DNA of 64,000 bases from Eledone cirrhosa (taxonomy: Eukaryota), in the NCBI GenBank assembly GCA_964016885.1, contig OZ024745.1, positions 20,522,001 through 20,586,000 of the forward strand. Reading direction: 5' to 3'. The position numbers and the translations under genes were made by a program. The notes beneath the pieces were generated by a model, which saw only the letters and a program-made list of their open reading frames with translations, had not been told where the DNA came from and made no database searches. Positions 59,330 through 64,000 of this stretch are shown here, in pieces (within the stretch, counting starts at the first letter, position 1; each line of letters starts with the position of its first letter).

Positions 59330-59710
59330 TAATGACAACAACAATAACAGTATCAACAACAACAACGACAACAACAATAATATCAACAACAATAACGACA
59401 ACAACAATAATATCAACAACAATAACGACAACAACAATAATATCAACAACAATAACGACAACAATAACGACAACAATAACAACATCAACAACAATAACGA
59501 CAACAATAACAACATCAACAACAATAACGACAACAATAACAACATCAACAACAATAACGACAACAACAACAGTATCAGCAACAATATCAACAACTATAAC
59601 AACACCAACAACAATATCAACAACAATAACAACACCAACGACAATATCAACAACAGTAACAACAATATCACCAACAATAACGACAACAACAACAACAAAC
59701 ACAACAGCCA
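59330..59710. repeat. (ACA)n-derived minisatellite
   Basis: Direct inspection. Confidence 0.9.
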
Positions 59711-59793
59711 TGGATATAACAGCTTGTCAATAGCAATGGACAACAGAAATACAACTAAGAAACTTTTTTTAACAAAAGAGGAACTCTTTTACA

Positions 59794-62700
59794 ATGACAA
59801 CAGCCACTACAACCCCTAATACCACAACTACCACAACAACTACCACTACCACAACAACTACCACTACCACAACTACCACTACCACAGTCACAACTATCAC
59901 TACAACCCCTAATACCACAACTACCACAACAACTACCACTACCACAACAACTACCACTACCACAACTACCACTACCACAGTCACAACTACCACTACAACC
60001 CCTAATACCACAACTACCACAACAACTACCACTACCACAACAACTACCACTACCACAACTACCACTACCACAGTCACAACTACCACTACAACCCCTAATA
60101 CCACAACTACCACAACTACCACTACCACAACTACCACTACAATAACAACTACCACTACAACCCCTAATACCACAACTATCACAATAACTACCACTACCAC
60201 AACTACCACAACTACCACTACCACAACTACCACTACAATAACAACTACCACTACAACCCCTAATACCACAACTATCACAATAACTACCACTACCACAACT
60301 ACCACTACAACCCCCAATACCACAACTACCACAACAACTACCACTACCACAACTACCACTACTACAACTACCACTACCACAGTCACAACTACCACTACCA
60401 CAACTACCACTACAATAACAACTACCACTACCACAGTCACAACTACCACTACAACCCCTAATACCACACCTACCACAACAACTACCACTACCACAACTAC
60501 CACTACCACAGTCACAACTACCACTACAACCCCTAATACCACACCTACCACAACAACTACCACTACCACAACTGCCACTACCACAGTCACATCTACCACT
60601 ACAACCCCTAATACCACAACTACCACAACAACTACCACTACCACAACTACCACTACCACAACTACCACAACTACCACTACAACCCCTAATACCACAACTA
60701 CCACAACAACTACCACTACCACAACTACCACTACAATAACAACTACCACTACAACCCCTAATACCACAACTACCACAACAACTACCACTACCACAACAAC
60801 TACCACTACCACAACTACCACTACCACAGTTACAACTACCACTACAACCCCTAATACCACAACTACCACAACAACTACCACTACCACAACTACCACTACA
60901 ATAACAACTACCACTACAACCCCTAATACCACAACTACAACAGTCACAACTACCACTACCACAACAACTACCACTACAAGCCCTAATACCACAACTACCA
61001 CAACAACCACAACAACTACCGCTACGACAACTACAACAGTCACAACTACCACAACAACTAGCACTACCACAACAACTACCACTACAATAACAACTACCAC
61101 TACAACCACAAATACCACAACTACCACAGCAACCACAACCACCACAACTACGACAACTACAACAGTCACAACTACCACAACAACTACCACTACCACAACA
61201 ACTACCAGTACAATAACAACTACCACTACAACCACAAATACCACAACTACCACAGCAACCACAACCACCACAACTACGACAACTACAACAGTCACACCTA
61301 CCACAACAACTACCACTACCACAACAACTACCACTACAATAACAACTACCACTACAACCACAAATACCACAACCACCACAGCAACCACAACCACCACAAC
61401 TACGACAACTACAACAGTCACACCTACCACAACAACTACCACTACCACAACAACTACCACTACAATAACAACTACCACTACAACCACAAATACCACAACT
61501 ACCACAGCAACCACAACCACCACAACTACGACAACTACAACAGTCACAACTACCACAACAACTACCACTACCACAACAACTACCACTACAATAACAACTA
61601 CCACTACAACCACAAATACCACAACCACCACAGCAACCACAACCACCACAACTACGACAACTACAACAGTCACACCTACCACAACAACTACCACTACCAC
61701 AACAACTACCACTACAATAACAACTACCACTACAACCACAAATACCACAACTACCACAGCAACCACAACCACCACAACTACGACAACTACAACAGTCACA
61801 ACTACCACAACAACTACCACTACCACAACAACTACCACTACAATAACAACTACCACTACAACCACAAATACCACAACCACCACAGCAACCACAACCACCA
61901 CAACTACGACAACTACAACAGTCACACCTACCACAACAACTACCACTACCACAACAACTACCACTACAATAACAACTACCACTACAACCACAAATACCAC
62001 AACCACCACAGCAACCACAACCACCACAACTACGACAACTACAACAGTCACAACTACCACAACAACTACCACTACCACAACAACTACCACTACAATAACA
62101 ACTACCACTACAACCACAAATACCACAACCACCACAGCAACCACAACCACCACAACTACGACAACTACAACAGTCACACCTACCACAACAACTACCACTA
62201 CCACAACAACTACCACTACAATAACAACTACCACTACAACCACAAATACCACAACTACCACAGCAACCACAACCACCAAAACTACGACAACTACAACAGT
62301 CACAACTACCACAACAACTACCACTACCACAACAACTACCACTACAATAACAACTACCACTACAACCACAAATACCACAACCACCACAGCAACCACAACC
62401 ACCACAACTACGACAACTACAACAGTCACACCTACCACAACAACTACCACTACCACAACAACTACCACTACAATAACAACTACCACTACAACCACAAATA
62501 CCACAACTACCACAGCAACCACAACCACCACAACTACGACAACTACAACAGTCACACCTACCACAACAACTACCACTACCACAACAACTACCACTACAAT
62601 AACAACTACCACTACAACCACAAATACCACAACTACCACAGCAACCACAACCACCACAACTACGACAACTACAACAGTCACAACTACCACAACAACTACC

Positions 62701-62907
62701 ACTACCACAACAACTACCACTACAATAACAACTACCACTACAACCACAAATACCACAACCACCACAGCAACCACAACCACCACAACTACGACAACTACAA
62801 CAGTCACAACTACCACAACAACTACCACTATCACAACAACTACCACTACAATAACAACTACCACTACAACCACAAATACCACAACTACCACAGCAACCAC
62901 AACTTAG
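59794..62907 (+). repeat. (ACN)n-based higher-order tandem array forming a 1037-codon poly-Thr ORF; coding status unknown
   Basis: 126-bp unit in the 3' part (positions 61501 and 62761 are in phase, 10 units apart); irregular TTPNTT units in the 5' part. Confidence 0.9.
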
Positions 62908-63135
62908 GCGCGTGGACTAGTAGGAAGGGGGTTGGAGTGGCTATCATAATGTCGTGGGTTCGATTCCTGGACTGTGTTCTTGATCAAAGCACTTCATGTT
63001 GCTCCAGTATACTCAGCTGAAAATGAGTACCAGCAATAGCTGGAGGTTTAACACTTCGATGGACTGGCGTCATGTCCAGGGGAGAGTCTTGTACTCTCAC
63101 CCACTTCACGTCACAGAAACCGGAATAAGCCTGAT
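62906..63135 (+). mobile_element. tRNA-derived SINE, diverged
   Basis: GGCGCGTGG.. GGGTTCGATTCCT B box, CATGTTGCTCCAGT..ACTCAGCTG..AATGAGTACC, GATGGACTGGCGTC.TGTCCAGGGG. Confidence 0.72.
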
Positions 63136-63284
63136 AAGCCTCCGGCCTCGAGACAGACTTTAGCCCTGTGATGGACTGGTGTTCTGCCCAGGTAGAAGTC
63201 ATGTACTCTCAGTCGTATAACATCAAGGAAACGGGGATAAGAACAGGCATGCCCCCCCGGGGGGTCGAGAGATACTTTAAACTT

Positions 63285-63468
63285 TTAGAGGTGGAAGTTG
63301 GTCAAATCGACTCCAATACTTGACTGGTGTTTTACTTCATTGACAGTGGAAGGATGAAAGTGAAAATCGACCTCAGCGGGATTTTAACTGAGCACGTAAG
63401 CGAATGTAATTAAATACCGCAAGGCATTTTGTCTGATGCTCTACTAGCTCTGCCAGTCCTCCACCCTT
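63285..63468 (-). mobile_element. tRNA-derived SINE (OK/OR-like), diverged
   Basis: AAGGATGAAAG..TCGACCTCAGCGGGATTT..CTCTGCCAGTCCTCCACC. Confidence 0.7.
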
Positions 63469-63677
63469 GGGATCCTGTAATAATATAATCGGGTCCTATT
63501 ACAAAACTAAGATAAAAAACGGGGAAAATCACGAAAACAAGTTGCGTGAACGACTACAAGAACGATAATAGAGCGCTGTGACCGCCATTACAAATACTCG
63601 TAATAACAATAACAGCAACATGAGTAAAAACAATTGTCAAAATATCAGGTCCCTCGGGAGCTGTAGACTGGGGCTAA

Positions 63678-64000
63678 ACACCACCACCACCGCCACCAAC
63701 GCCACCACCACCACCACCACCAGCACTACCACCACCACCACCAACACTACACCACCACCACCACCACCAACACCAACACTTCACCACCACCACCAACACC
63801 AACACTTCACCACCACCACCAACACCAACACTACACCACCACTACCATCACCACCAACACCACCACCACCACCACACCACCACCAGCACACCACCACCAC
63901 TACCAACATCACCACCAACACCACCACCACCACCAACACCAGAACCACTTACACCACCACCACCACTACCACCACCAACTCCGCCACCACCACAACCAAC
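63678..64000. repeat. (CCA)n microsatellite
   Basis: Direct inspection. Confidence 0.95.

Noticed and set aside
59769-62900. 1043-aa poly-Val ORF on the minus strand
   Set aside because: Automatic antisense consequence of the (ACN)n array

Overview
Repeat-dominated eukaryotic DNA with no recognisable host gene. The SINE family and extreme microsatellite load suggest an octopod cephalopod (inference). Nearly all listed ORFs are microsatellite read-throughs. The real content is mobile DNA. (i) Penelope-like retroelements (PLEs) with Naiad-type signatures: one intact element (52511-56440; 719-aa RT + GIY-YIG ORF, pseudo-LTRs), one 5-kb fold-back copy with 2.2-kb near-identical arms (17137-22168), and about a dozen short fold-back or truncated remnants, almost all embedded in (TA)n. 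(ii) RTE, Tx1-like and CRE-like LINE fragments. (iii) tRNA-derived SINEs. (iv) mariner-type MITEs. (v) Satellites, including a 3.1-kb poly-Thr ORF built on a 126-bp unit. Reading the PLE ends by eye shows a shared RNA architecture across families with unrelated primary sequence. A type I hammerhead ribozyme (in four families with a compensatory U3-A8 core, often with a large stem II insertion) is followed by a covarying bulged hairpin, ACUC-[variable stem-loop]-(1-2 nt bulge)-GAGU, seen 15 times. The inverted arm of each tailed fold-back insertion stops a few nt before this hairpin, while the other arm runs about 35-90 nt past it. This hairpin is the best candidate for an undescribed cis-element. 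All RNA folds are manual, not computed.
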